NCBI GenBank assembly: GCA_015058155.1
Contig: SVCW01000006.1
Location: 14,408-78,407, forward strand
Source of the DNA: Clostridiales bacterium
Lineage (GTDB): Bacteria; Bacillota; Clostridia; Peptostreptococcales; Anaerovoracaceae
DNA length: 64,000 bases
Direction: 5' to 3'
Shown here piece by piece: positions 56,327-64,000 of this stretch. The position numbers and the translations under genes are program-made. Each line of letters opens with the position of its first letter. Positions within the stretch are counted from its first letter, which is position 1. The notes below the pieces were generated by a model. The model saw nothing but the letters and a program-made list of their open reading frames with translations, was not told the origin of the DNA and did no database searches.

Positions 56327-58350
56327 TACTTTTCTCCCTGAAAGTCAACTATTCCCTCTATTCCTAATACTTTGGCACGCATGAGTGCATCATTATCCCC
56401 GTCAAATGAAAAATACGTCATTATGTCTTTTCCAGGCTGCAGATTTGCATATATACCTGCAGTCGTTTCATCTACGAGAATTCCTGCTATATGGTTGTCC
56501 GATACGAAGTCGCTCAGCTCCTTTACTGTGAGACTGCCTGGTACCGGTTTCACAATAATACTATTGTATCCGAGATAATCAATCTTCGTAACCATTCCGA
56601 TATCTTCCGTAACAGGGTATACATGTTCCCTGAAGAGAAGATAATCTTCATTCATGCTTTCATCAACGGAAAGAATCGTTCCCTTCTTTCCTGTCTTTCC
56701 GGAATAATTATCCTGAATATATGTCATGAGATTATAAGTGTCATCTGATAAGAGAGCAGCATAGTAACCTTCGTCCTCTCTTATATTTCTTACAATCTCT
56801 TCATATACTTCCTTTATACCCTCTTTATCGTCTGCTGACACTTCAAAACCATCTGTAAAGGCTGAAATTTTAACATTTCCGAAGAGTTCCGCATTGATTT
56901 GCTCAATTCCCTTACCTTCAAGTATTGCAAGCTTTAAAACGTCATTTTCAAGGTAAAACTGTGATACATCTATCATGTTCATAGCTTTAAGATACTCATC
57001 GTAATAGTCATCAGGATTAAGGCTCTCTCCTGTAATCCTGTTTCTTACACTTGAATTTCTGAAGACACCATCACGAGACATTTCAAATACTACATCATCC
57101 ATGACAAAGGAACCTTTGAGCATATGCATCTGGAACGGTACAAATCCAGATTCAGCTGTCAGGAGATTCTGTCCCATATATAAAGTATCAAGCTCCTCAA
57201 TACCGAGAAGGTATGATGCTGTAGGGAATATATCCCACTGTGCTCCTGACACACTTATTCTTTCATTTCCATCATAACCCGGGATATGTACGAAAAGCGG
57301 TACTCTTAGCATTTCATCATATGTGTACGCTTCTCCTCTCCAGTCTGAGACTACCTTCGTAATATCTGTATCGGCACGTGTAAGTCCAAAGTGATCTCCA
57401 TACATAATTATAAGGGAGTTATCGTATAGTCCTTCTTCTTTAAGTGCATCAAAGAATTCCTCGAGACATCTGTCGGAATAATTCGCTGACTGAATATATC
57501 TGCCCACGATGTTTTCCTCTTCAGGTCTTAACTCAATCTCCTGAAGAAATTCTGGAAGTCCGAAAGGATTGTGAGTCGAAAGAGTTATTACAAAACTGTA
57601 ATAAGGCTCCTCGAGTTCTTTCATATAGTCAACAGTCTGATCAAAAAATGCACTGTCACTTATACCTACTATATTACCGGCTCCTATACCTTCAATATTG
57701 TCATTTACAAACTCGGTATCTCCGTAGAAATTATCAAATCCAAGAGTAGGGTACACATTTTCCCTGTTCCAGAAGTCTTTCTTGTATCCGTGGAATACGT
57801 TCGTGTTATATCCTTTTTCTTTAAGAATCCACGGAAGTCCCTTGAAATAATTATCCTGATAAAGCTGGTATGTGTAGCTTTCGATACTTCCTATAATTGA
57901 ATTGTTTACTACGAATTCTGCATCGGAAGTATTACCTGCTCCGAGCTGACAATAGAAATTATCAAAATAGAATGTTCCCGGCTCATCAATAAGTGAATTG
58001 AGAAATGGCGTAATCTCCTGTCCGTAATAATCTGATTCAAGCATCATTGACTGCATTGATTCCATCTGGACGATTATAAGGTTTCTTCCTTCCGCTATTC
58101 CGAAAAGATCACCATCAATCTGATTCTTATAAGTTCCTGTCGCAAGGTAATAATTGCTCTTTTCTTCACCCTTGTCAGCATAGTCCGCTATATCTTTTAT
58201 GTGGGTAAGAAAAAACTCCTGACTTGTAAGTGACGTTATAAAAGCGCTTCCGAAAGGATTCTCAATAAGAATTGCAATAACGAGAATCGTCACTAAAACC
58301 CTATAAAATTTTTTAATTTGCCTTGGTAATGATTCCCATATCTTTATCAT
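56326..58350 (-). CDS. LtaS-like sulfatase-family protein (paralogue 2) with extra ~190-aa C-terminal domain
   Basis: Single N-terminal TM, alkaline-phosphatase/sulfatase-fold domain paralogous to the upstream gene; start overlaps the 3' end of paralogue 1 by 38 nt; stop overlaps the rmuC start. Confidence 0.75.
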   Translation of the reverse strand: MIKIWESLPRQIKKFYRVLVTILVIAILIENPFGSAFITSLTSQEFFLTHIKDIADYADKGEEKSNYYLATGTYKNQIDGDLFGIAEGRNLIIVQMESMQSMMLESDYYGQEITPFLNSLIDEPGTFYFDNFYCQLGAGNTSDAEFVVNNSIIGSIESYTYQLYQDNYFKGLPWILKEKGYNTNVFHGYKKDFWNRENVYPTLGFDNFYGDTEFVNDNIEGIGAGNIVGISDSAFFDQTVDYMKELEEPYYSFVITLSTHNPFGLPEFLQEIELRPEEENIVGRYIQSANYSDRCLEEFFDALKEEGLYDNSLIIMYGDHFGLTRADTDITKVVSDWRGEAYTYDEMLRVPLFVHIPGYDGNERISVSGAQWDIFPTASYLLGIEELDTLYMGQNLLTAESGFVPFQMHMLKGSFVMDDVVFEMSRDGVFRNSSVRNRITGESLNPDDYYDEYLKAMNMIDVSQFYLENDVLKLAILEGKGIEQINAELFGNVKISAFTDGFEVSADDKEGIKEVYEEIVRNIREDEGYYAALLSDDTYNLMTYIQDNYSGKTGKKGTILSVDESMNEDYLLFREHVYPVTEDIGMVTKIDYLGYNSIIVKPVPGSLTVKELSDFVSDNHIAGILVDETTAGIYANLQPGKDIMTYFSFDGDNDALMRAKVLGIEGIVDFQGEK

Positions 58351-60985
58351 TTATAAATACTACCGTTTCTCCGTTTAATATATCTGCGTACTTACCTTCC
58401 GCATCTTCTTTATCAATCATAAGCGCCCAGACTTTGTTGCGCGTCGCAAACTCGATTGTACCTTCAGGTGATTTGTCTGCTTCGCTTACGTCAAGGACTG
58501 CTTCATATTTTCCTGTATGCTCTTCTGTTGACGGAAGTTCAAGGATAATTCTTTCCATAAGTGCAGGTGAATACTTTGTAAGAGTCTTTACGAGATAATC
58601 TCCGCTCTTCTCTACATCAAAGTACACGTTTGTGCCTGCGTTCTTTTCCATCCAGTCAATAATGTCATCGTATGACATTTCTATTTCCCCGGTGATGTTG
58701 TTTACTGTATACGGAAGACTCTCTTCGTTCCACTTTACTTCAAGTCTTATATTTCTGTGTCCTGCACCAGCTGAAGCTGAAAGCGCTTCAAGTGAATTAG
58801 TACCTATAAGGCTTGTTTCAGGGTAACCTGCATACACGATTTCGTCCGGATGAATTCGTGAGTTACTATCTGCATTATCAACTTCTCCGGCACTCATGCC
58901 TTCAAGGAATATCTTTCTTATCGCATCGCTCTTAAGAACATACTCTGAAGTATTTATTATTTCCATCGACTTGATATATCCGTCATAGCAGAGATCTACA
59001 TCTACAGGCTCACCTGTGTGAATGTTCCATGCTCTTCCGTTTTCAAATACTCCGTCACGCGACATTTCATATGCGATATCATTTGAGAAGAATGAGCCTT
59101 TTGTCATAAATGTCTGTTCTGCTACAAATCCTTCCTTTACTGTGTAGAGATTGTGTCCCACATAGATTGTATCGAGTTCATCAAATCCCATTAAGTATGC
59201 AATTGTAGGCAGAATATCAACCTGTCCACCGGCCGTTGAAATAGTCTGGCTGAGCTTGATATCATCATCAGGGGAATAGATGATAAACGGAACATGCATC
59301 ATTTCTTCAAAATCATAAGGCTTTCCGAGGATCCTGCCAAGCACTTCGTCAGTTTCTTCTGTGTGAGTAAGTCCTGCATGATCGCCATAGAAAACAAAGA
59401 GTGCATTGTCATAAAGGCCTGCTTCCTTAAGTTCTTCAAAGAGTACACCAAGAGCGTAATCAGTATAAGCAGCACTCTGAAGATATTTACCTGCTATTGT
59501 ATTTTCGTCTTCAGGAAGAAGCTCGATAAACTTATAGTGATCAAGCATTTCATATGGATGATGATTTGAGATTGTAATGATGAAACTGTAGAAAGGCTCT
59601 TTTAAAGTCTTCATATAGTCCACAGTCTGAGGGAAAAACTCCGAGTCTGTAAGACCCCATCCCATCCACTCAGTCATTTCATAGTCGCCACCGCGACCTT
59701 TTAATGCTCCGAAATAATGGTCAAAGCCTTCCTGCGGATACATTGCTTCTCTGCTCCAGAACATTCTGTCTTCGTGAGCATGGAATACGGCTGTTTCATA
59801 GCCTCTCTCCTTAAGCTGCACAGGAAGTCCCCTGAAATAGTTTTCATTGAAGAGCTTGTATGTGTAGCTTGTGAGGGAACCCATTATTGAATTGTTTGCG
59901 GCAAATTCAGCATCGGATGTGTTGCCGCTTCCTACCTGCTGATAGAAATTATCGAAGTATGTTGCATTGTCATTAATGATTGCATTAAGGTTCGGAGTAA
60001 TCTCCTGTCCGTTATATTCAAGTCCGATTACGAAATCCTGAAGTGATTCAATCTGAACCATAATTACGTTTTTGCCTTCAGCCTTTCCGTAAAGCGGTCC
60101 GTTCTTTTCCATGATGTATGAGTCTTCCCAGGCTGCAAGATTTTCATCATTTCCAAGCCCGAATGCAACTGTCACAATGTCCTTCAGATGGAACGTGAAA
60201 AACTCCTGATTCGAAACTGATTTAAAAAGTCTCATTCCGAGAGGATTCACAGAAAAAACAATTACGAGTACGAGGAAGATTGCTAGTGCTTTTATTCCGC
60301 GTCTACTGGTATACACCTTCTTGTTTTTCTCGCTTCTCATTCCCTTTTTAACGTCTTTATCATTCCCGCTCTTTTTTCTTTTAGCAAGCATTACAAGAAT
60401 AAATACAGCGTCGGCAAGCATTATGAAGTTTACAGGTCTCATTACTTCCTTTATGCTTTCACCGATATCGTCAACTACTCCTGCAGCGCCTAGCATACCT
60501 ACTGAAAGGTAGCGGTTAAAGAAACTGTTATATGTTACATCTGCAAACATGAGGATTGAAAGCGCAGCAAAAATACATGCAGGGATCCACTTGTTCTTAA
60601 ATGCACTGAAGAGAAGATATATAAATAAAAGCGTTATAAAAGCAATTATAATAAAGTTTGACTTTATACCCATAAGGCTGTAAAAAGTGAAGACTTTAAT
60701 GGCAACAAGCGCAAGCGCAATAAGACCGAGTGTGCCATACACTTTTTCGTAGTTCATGCCATGGATAACAAGCTTTCTGCCCGCATTTTTAAGGAGATTT
60801 ATAATTGTTTCAAGGATAAGATTACCCTTTTTCTTTTCGTTTTCCATAAGTTCTGTTTTTTCCCTTTTCAAATTAATCTTTAACAATTTATTATACAAAA
60901 AAACATGCTCCTTTTCAACATAAACGCGCCCATTTTCACCTAATCTCCAATTTGCATTTTCATCGTTTTGTACATTATCTTCCAA
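58313..60985 (-). CDS. LTA-synthase-family protein (polytopic N-terminus plus extracellular sulfatase domain) with C-terminal GDPD-like domain
   Basis: 890 aa; ~5 N-terminal TM helices, LtaS-type catalytic domain, C-terminal ~190 aa with YAGYPETS…LEALSASAGAGHRNIRLEV resembling the glycerophosphodiester phosphodiesterase signature. Confidence 0.75.
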   Translation of the reverse strand: MEDNVQNDENANWRLGENGRVYVEKEHVFLYNKLLKINLKREKTELMENEKKKGNLILETIINLLKNAGRKLVIHGMNYEKVYGTLGLIALALVAIKVFTFYSLMGIKSNFIIIAFITLLFIYLLFSAFKNKWIPACIFAALSILMFADVTYNSFFNRYLSVGMLGAAGVVDDIGESIKEVMRPVNFIMLADAVFILVMLAKRKKSGNDKDVKKGMRSEKNKKVYTSRRGIKALAIFLVLVIVFSVNPLGMRLFKSVSNQEFFTFHLKDIVTVAFGLGNDENLAAWEDSYIMEKNGPLYGKAEGKNVIMVQIESLQDFVIGLEYNGQEITPNLNAIINDNATYFDNFYQQVGSGNTSDAEFAANNSIMGSLTSYTYKLFNENYFRGLPVQLKERGYETAVFHAHEDRMFWSREAMYPQEGFDHYFGALKGRGGDYEMTEWMGWGLTDSEFFPQTVDYMKTLKEPFYSFIITISNHHPYEMLDHYKFIELLPEDENTIAGKYLQSAAYTDYALGVLFEELKEAGLYDNALFVFYGDHAGLTHTEETDEVLGRILGKPYDFEEMMHVPFIIYSPDDDIKLSQTISTAGGQVDILPTIAYLMGFDELDTIYVGHNLYTVKEGFVAEQTFMTKGSFFSNDIAYEMSRDGVFENGRAWNIHTGEPVDVDLCYDGYIKSMEIINTSEYVLKSDAIRKIFLEGMSAGEVDNADSNSRIHPDEIVYAGYPETSLIGTNSLEALSASAGAGHRNIRLEVKWNEESLPYTVNNITGEIEMSYDDIIDWMEKNAGTNVYFDVEKSGDYLVKTLTKYSPALMERIILELPSTEEHTGKYEAVLDVSEADKSPEGTIEFATRNKVWALMIDKEDAEGKYADILNGETVVFINDKDMGIITKAN

Positions 60986-61075
60986 TTCGTATTTTATATT
61001 TTAATTTTGAGGAAAATTGTAGTATACTATAAGGTAATGTATGGGACAAAGAGACTTTATGAAAGGGACTGGATT

Positions 61076-62704
61076 ATGAAAAAACATCTGTTATTATCAC
61101 TACTTTTTTGCATCGTTCTTGTTTTCGGCTCGATGTCATTTGTTTTTGCAGATGGCTGGGATGAATATGATGTTTATTACGATGGAAAAGATACTCGTGA
61201 AACCGGCTATTATGTAAAAGGCAACGTGTATCTCCCTGTATCAATGATTGGTGATTATTTCGATAATGACTGCATCACAAAGATTGATAAAAAGGCCATG
61301 AAATTATATATGGATCTTACAAATGCCAACATCCTTATGGCTGACGATGCTACTACACAGTTTATAAAAAACAATGCAGGCATCGTATATATTCCACTTA
61401 AGCAGTTAAACGGAAATGTCTGCTTTTCAATGAATGTAATGCAGCAGTTCTTCCACACAGGCTACAGTGTTTCAGGAGATGATATAAAGCTGAAGCCTAT
61501 CGATGGAAGCGTAGAAATTGCAAGAATCGGAAGCGAATACGCAGATGCTGCGGTTTCACTTTTCAGCACAGGTGAAGAAGACGGAAAGCTTACATATACA
61601 TCAGGCGATATGGTTTTCATCGAAGGTGAAACAGCAAACTACTACAAGGTTTCAGACTTTGATGACAACACATCCTACATACTTAAAAGCGATGTAATTA
61701 TTGAAGATATCGATTTATCAAGCATCGATTTCTACGCACCAAGACAGCATAAGTTCAAGCCTGCTATCGGTCAGAAAATCAATCTTGCATGGCAGTACAT
61801 AAGTAATGTTTCGCCTGAGGCTCCATCACCTATTGACGGTATTGACATCATGGCACCTACGTGGTTCAGACTTGTAGTCAATGGAAATGGTGAAATTGAA
61901 AATGTCGGTGACCGCGGTTATACTGATCTTTGTCATGACAACGGTTTTATGGTGTGGGCAACTATCACAAACAATTTCAGTTCAAGCTACACTACTACTC
62001 TCTTCAATGATGAAACTATTGAAGACAAGGCAATCGCGCAGTACATCTTCTATGCCTGCCTCTATGATGTAGACGGTATCAATATCGACTTTGAAAGTGT
62101 AAAGGATGCAGATGCAGACGGTCTTACAGAGTTTACGATGAAGATGAGAAAGTATACTGAACCTCAGGGACTCGTGCTTTCAATCGACACAATGGTTCCG
62201 AAACCATGGAATTCAGAATACGACAGAGATGCTCTTTCGGATTACGTGGATTATCTTGCTGTAATGAGCTACGATGAGCATTATGCAGGAAGCAAGATTC
62301 CTGGATCAATCTCATCAATACCGTTTGTAATCGAAGCAATCGAAGGATGTCTTGATGAAGGTGTGCCTGCAGAAAAACTTCTTATGGGTGTTCCTCTTTA
62401 TACAAGAGTATGGACTGTTAATTCAAACGGTTCCATCATTTCAAACCCTGCTGTAACGATGGAAAGAATGAACGAGATTATTGATGAAAATGACCTTGAC
62501 CTTACTTATCTTTCATACGAAATGCAGAACTATGCAGAGTACAAGAATTCAGGCGGCACAGCAAAAGTATGGATAGAAGATGAGACTTCAATAACAAATC
62601 GTCTTTCACTCGTTTATGAATATGATATTGCCGGTTCAGCATGCTGGCAGTTTAATCAGGGAACAGACGAAATCTGGGAAGTTTTTGATAGATATTTACA
62701 CTAA
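61076..62704 (+). CDS. GH18 glycoside hydrolase with N-terminal copper-amine-oxidase-like domains (YdhD/YaaH-like spore peptidoglycan hydrolase)
   Basis: Signal peptide MKKHLLLSLLFCIVLVFGSMSFVFA; GH18 catalytic motif DGINIDFE; start moved to the MKKHLL Met. Confidence 0.8.
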   Translation: MKKHLLLSLLFCIVLVFGSMSFVFADGWDEYDVYYDGKDTRETGYYVKGNVYLPVSMIGDYFDNDCITKIDKKAMKLYMDLTNANILMADDATTQFIKNNAGIVYIPLKQLNGNVCFSMNVMQQFFHTGYSVSGDDIKLKPIDGSVEIARIGSEYADAAVSLFSTGEEDGKLTYTSGDMVFIEGETANYYKVSDFDDNTSYILKSDVIIEDIDLSSIDFYAPRQHKFKPAIGQKINLAWQYISNVSPEAPSPIDGIDIMAPTWFRLVVNGNGEIENVGDRGYTDLCHDNGFMVWATITNNFSSSYTTTLFNDETIEDKAIAQYIFYACLYDVDGINIDFESVKDADADGLTEFTMKMRKYTEPQGLVLSIDTMVPKPWNSEYDRDALSDYVDYLAVMSYDEHYAGSKIPGSISSIPFVIEAIEGCLDEGVPAEKLLMGVPLYTRVWTVNSNGSIISNPAVTMERMNEIIDENDLDLTYLSYEMQNYAEYKNSGGTAKVWIEDETSITNRLSLVYEYDIAGSACWQFNQGTDEIWEVFDRYLH

Positions 62705-62717
62705 ACAAGGAGTTAAC

Positions 62718-63632
62718 ATGAAAAAGATTAATAACGTTGCTATTGTAGGTATGGGTGCACTCGGTATGCTCTACGGCTCAATGATTACCGACACACTCGG
62801 AATAGAATCAGTTACATATATTCTTGACGATGACAGATTTTACAGATACAAGGAAAGAACATTTACAGTAAACGGTGCACCTTTCCATCCTCAGTTTGAA
62901 AAGGCAAATGACGCAAAGCCTTATGATCTTGTAATAGTAGCTGTAAAGTACAATGGACTTGATAGCGCTCTTGATACTATGAAAAACTGCATAGGCCCTG
63001 ATACGATCATCATGTCAGTAATGAACGGAATGATCAGCGAAGAAATAATTGCGCAGCGCTACGGAATGGAAAATATCGTATATACTGTTGTTCAGGGTAT
63101 GGACGCACAGCACAGCGAAGGAACTCTCGGATACACTCAGAAAGGTGTTGTATGCATCGGACCTGTAAAGGGCCAGACAAGGGATAACACTGATGCAGTA
63201 GCTGATTTCCTTACTCGTGCAAATGTCGCTCATCAGGTAGAAGAAAACATACTTTATCGTATGTTCTGTAAATGGATGCTGAACGTCGGCGTAAATCAGA
63301 CTTGCATGGTATTTGATGCATCATATAACGAATGCCTCACAATTCCTGAAGCCTACGATGTTCTCTGTAAATCAATGAGAGAAGTAATCGCTCTCTCACC
63401 TCACTTTGACCTTAATCTCGGCGAGGAAGAGTTTGAGTTTTACATGCAGATTATAAGAAACATGAATCCTGACGGTTTCCCTTCGATGGAACAGGATCGC
63501 CGCGCAAAGCGCCTTTCAGAAGTTGAAATGTTTGCAGGTTCAGTAATTAAATACGGTGAAAAATACGGAGTCGATGTTCCTGTTAACAAATGGCTCTATG
63601 AAGAAGTCAAAAAAATCGAAGCAGGCTATTAA
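62718..63632 (+). CDS. panE: 2-dehydropantoate 2-reductase (ApbA/PanE family)
   Basis: VAIVGMGALGMLYG Rossmann motif, ApbA N- and C-domains; start MKKINN with AAGGAG RBS; terminator hairpin after the stop. Confidence 0.8.
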   Translation: MKKINNVAIVGMGALGMLYGSMITDTLGIESVTYILDDDRFYRYKERTFTVNGAPFHPQFEKANDAKPYDLVIVAVKYNGLDSALDTMKNCIGPDTIIMSVMNGMISEEIIAQRYGMENIVYTVVQGMDAQHSEGTLGYTQKGVVCIGPVKGQTRDNTDAVADFLTRANVAHQVEENILYRMFCKWMLNVGVNQTCMVFDASYNECLTIPEAYDVLCKSMREVIALSPHFDLNLGEEEFEFYMQIIRNMNPDGFPSMEQDRRAKRLSEVEMFAGSVIKYGEKYGVDVPVNKWLYEEVKKIEAGY

Positions 63633-63639
63633 AGCCTGC

Positions 63640-64000
63640 TTTTTTTATTGTTGCTTTAAGCGTGAATAAACCCCCTGCTATGCAGGGGGAATAAGAATGC
63701 TTTAGCTTCAAGTAAAAAACCTCCAGTGTTATGATAAATGTGGTTCCCCAACCGCAAGTCATATCAAAGGAGGATTTTAACAAATGTCAAAAAATAATGA
63801 TATAAGTAGTTTATCACATTCGAAGTATCGTTGCCAGTATCACATTGTTTTTGCACCCAAATATAGAAGGCAGGAGATTTACGGAAAGATTAAAGTGGAC
63901 ATCGGAAAAATCTTAAGACAGCTCTGTGAACAGAAAGGCATTGAGATTATTGAAGCAGAGTTGTGCCCTGATCATGTCCACATGCTTGTGAGTATCCCAC
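63640..64000 (+). mobile_element. IS200/IS605-family element, left end plus 5' part of tnpA (runs off window)
   Basis: Subterminal hairpin AAACCCCCTGCTATGCAGGGGGAATA, then the tnpA ORF. Confidence 0.6.
63784..64000 (+). CDS. tnpA: IS200/IS605 Y1 transposase TnpA (partial)
   Basis: MSKNNDISSLSHSKYRCQYHIVFAPKYRRQEIYGKIKVDIGKILRQLCEQKGIEIIEAELCPDHVHMLVSIP: HuH motif (HVHMLVSIP) and conserved Y1 transposase N-terminus; AAAGGAGG RBS. Confidence 0.85.
   Translation, partial: MSKNNDISSLSHSKYRCQYHIVFAPKYRRQEIYGKIKVDIGKILRQLCEQKGIEIIEAELCPDHVHMLVSIP

Noticed and set aside
1-64000. Scan for CRISPR arrays, restriction–modification, toxin–antitoxin or phage structural genes
   Set aside because: No regularly spaced short repeats with unique spacers. 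No methyltransferase, nuclease or Cas-like motifs. The only mobile signal is the IS200/IS605 at the right edge.

Overview
Segment of a low-GC, spore-forming Firmicute chromosome, Clostridia-like. Sporulation markers present: SpoIID, SpoIIP, Gpr, YlmC/YmxH, TepA, a SPOR-domain protein and an IspH–S1 fusion. About 85% of the window is conserved housekeeping synteny on both strands: spoIID–ruvB–ruvA–ruvC (minus), argR–recN (plus), ispH/rpsA–rarA, mtnA, lepA–hemW, spoIIP–gpr and divergent rpsT, deoD, an FMN-riboswitch–ribU operon, tRNA-Ser, ktrBA, folD–pdp–deoB, rmuC, two tandem LtaS-like genes, a GH18 hydrolase, panE, and a partial IS200/IS605 transposase at the right edge. The interesting part is a co-directional minus-strand block at about 10.6–18.7 kb. 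It holds a Tad/Flp pilus locus (tadA, tadB, tadC, a 57-aa flp pilin missed by the ORF track, and three TadE/TadG-like pseudopilins, one with a Cys-rich C-terminal domain). Immediately upstream, in the slot where TadZ normally sits, is a four-gene nickel-cofactor-maturation-like module: a CooT-like 59-aa Ni chaperone (also below the ORF-track threshold), a small His-rich protein, and a CooC-family ATPase with a CxC motif and an extra N-terminal 4-Cys extension. This module follows an uncharacterised protein of about 20 cysteines with two C-terminal [4Fe-4S] motifs, and no CO dehydrogenase is present in the window. An orphan TadZ/CpaE-like pseudo-ATPase sits 7 kb away next to the tepA homologue. 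Other observations: tadB and tadC overlap by about 164 nt and are separated by an A7 run, so they may be a split two-domain GspF/PilC-like protein. Both LtaS paralogues carry an extra C-terminal domain that looks GDPD-like in the first. Several phased direct-repeat arrays lie in promoter regions. No CRISPR array, phage structural genes or recognisable defence genes were seen. The ORF-track coordinates differ from the printed line labels by about 1 nt in places, so hand-derived coordinates may be off by 1–2 nt.
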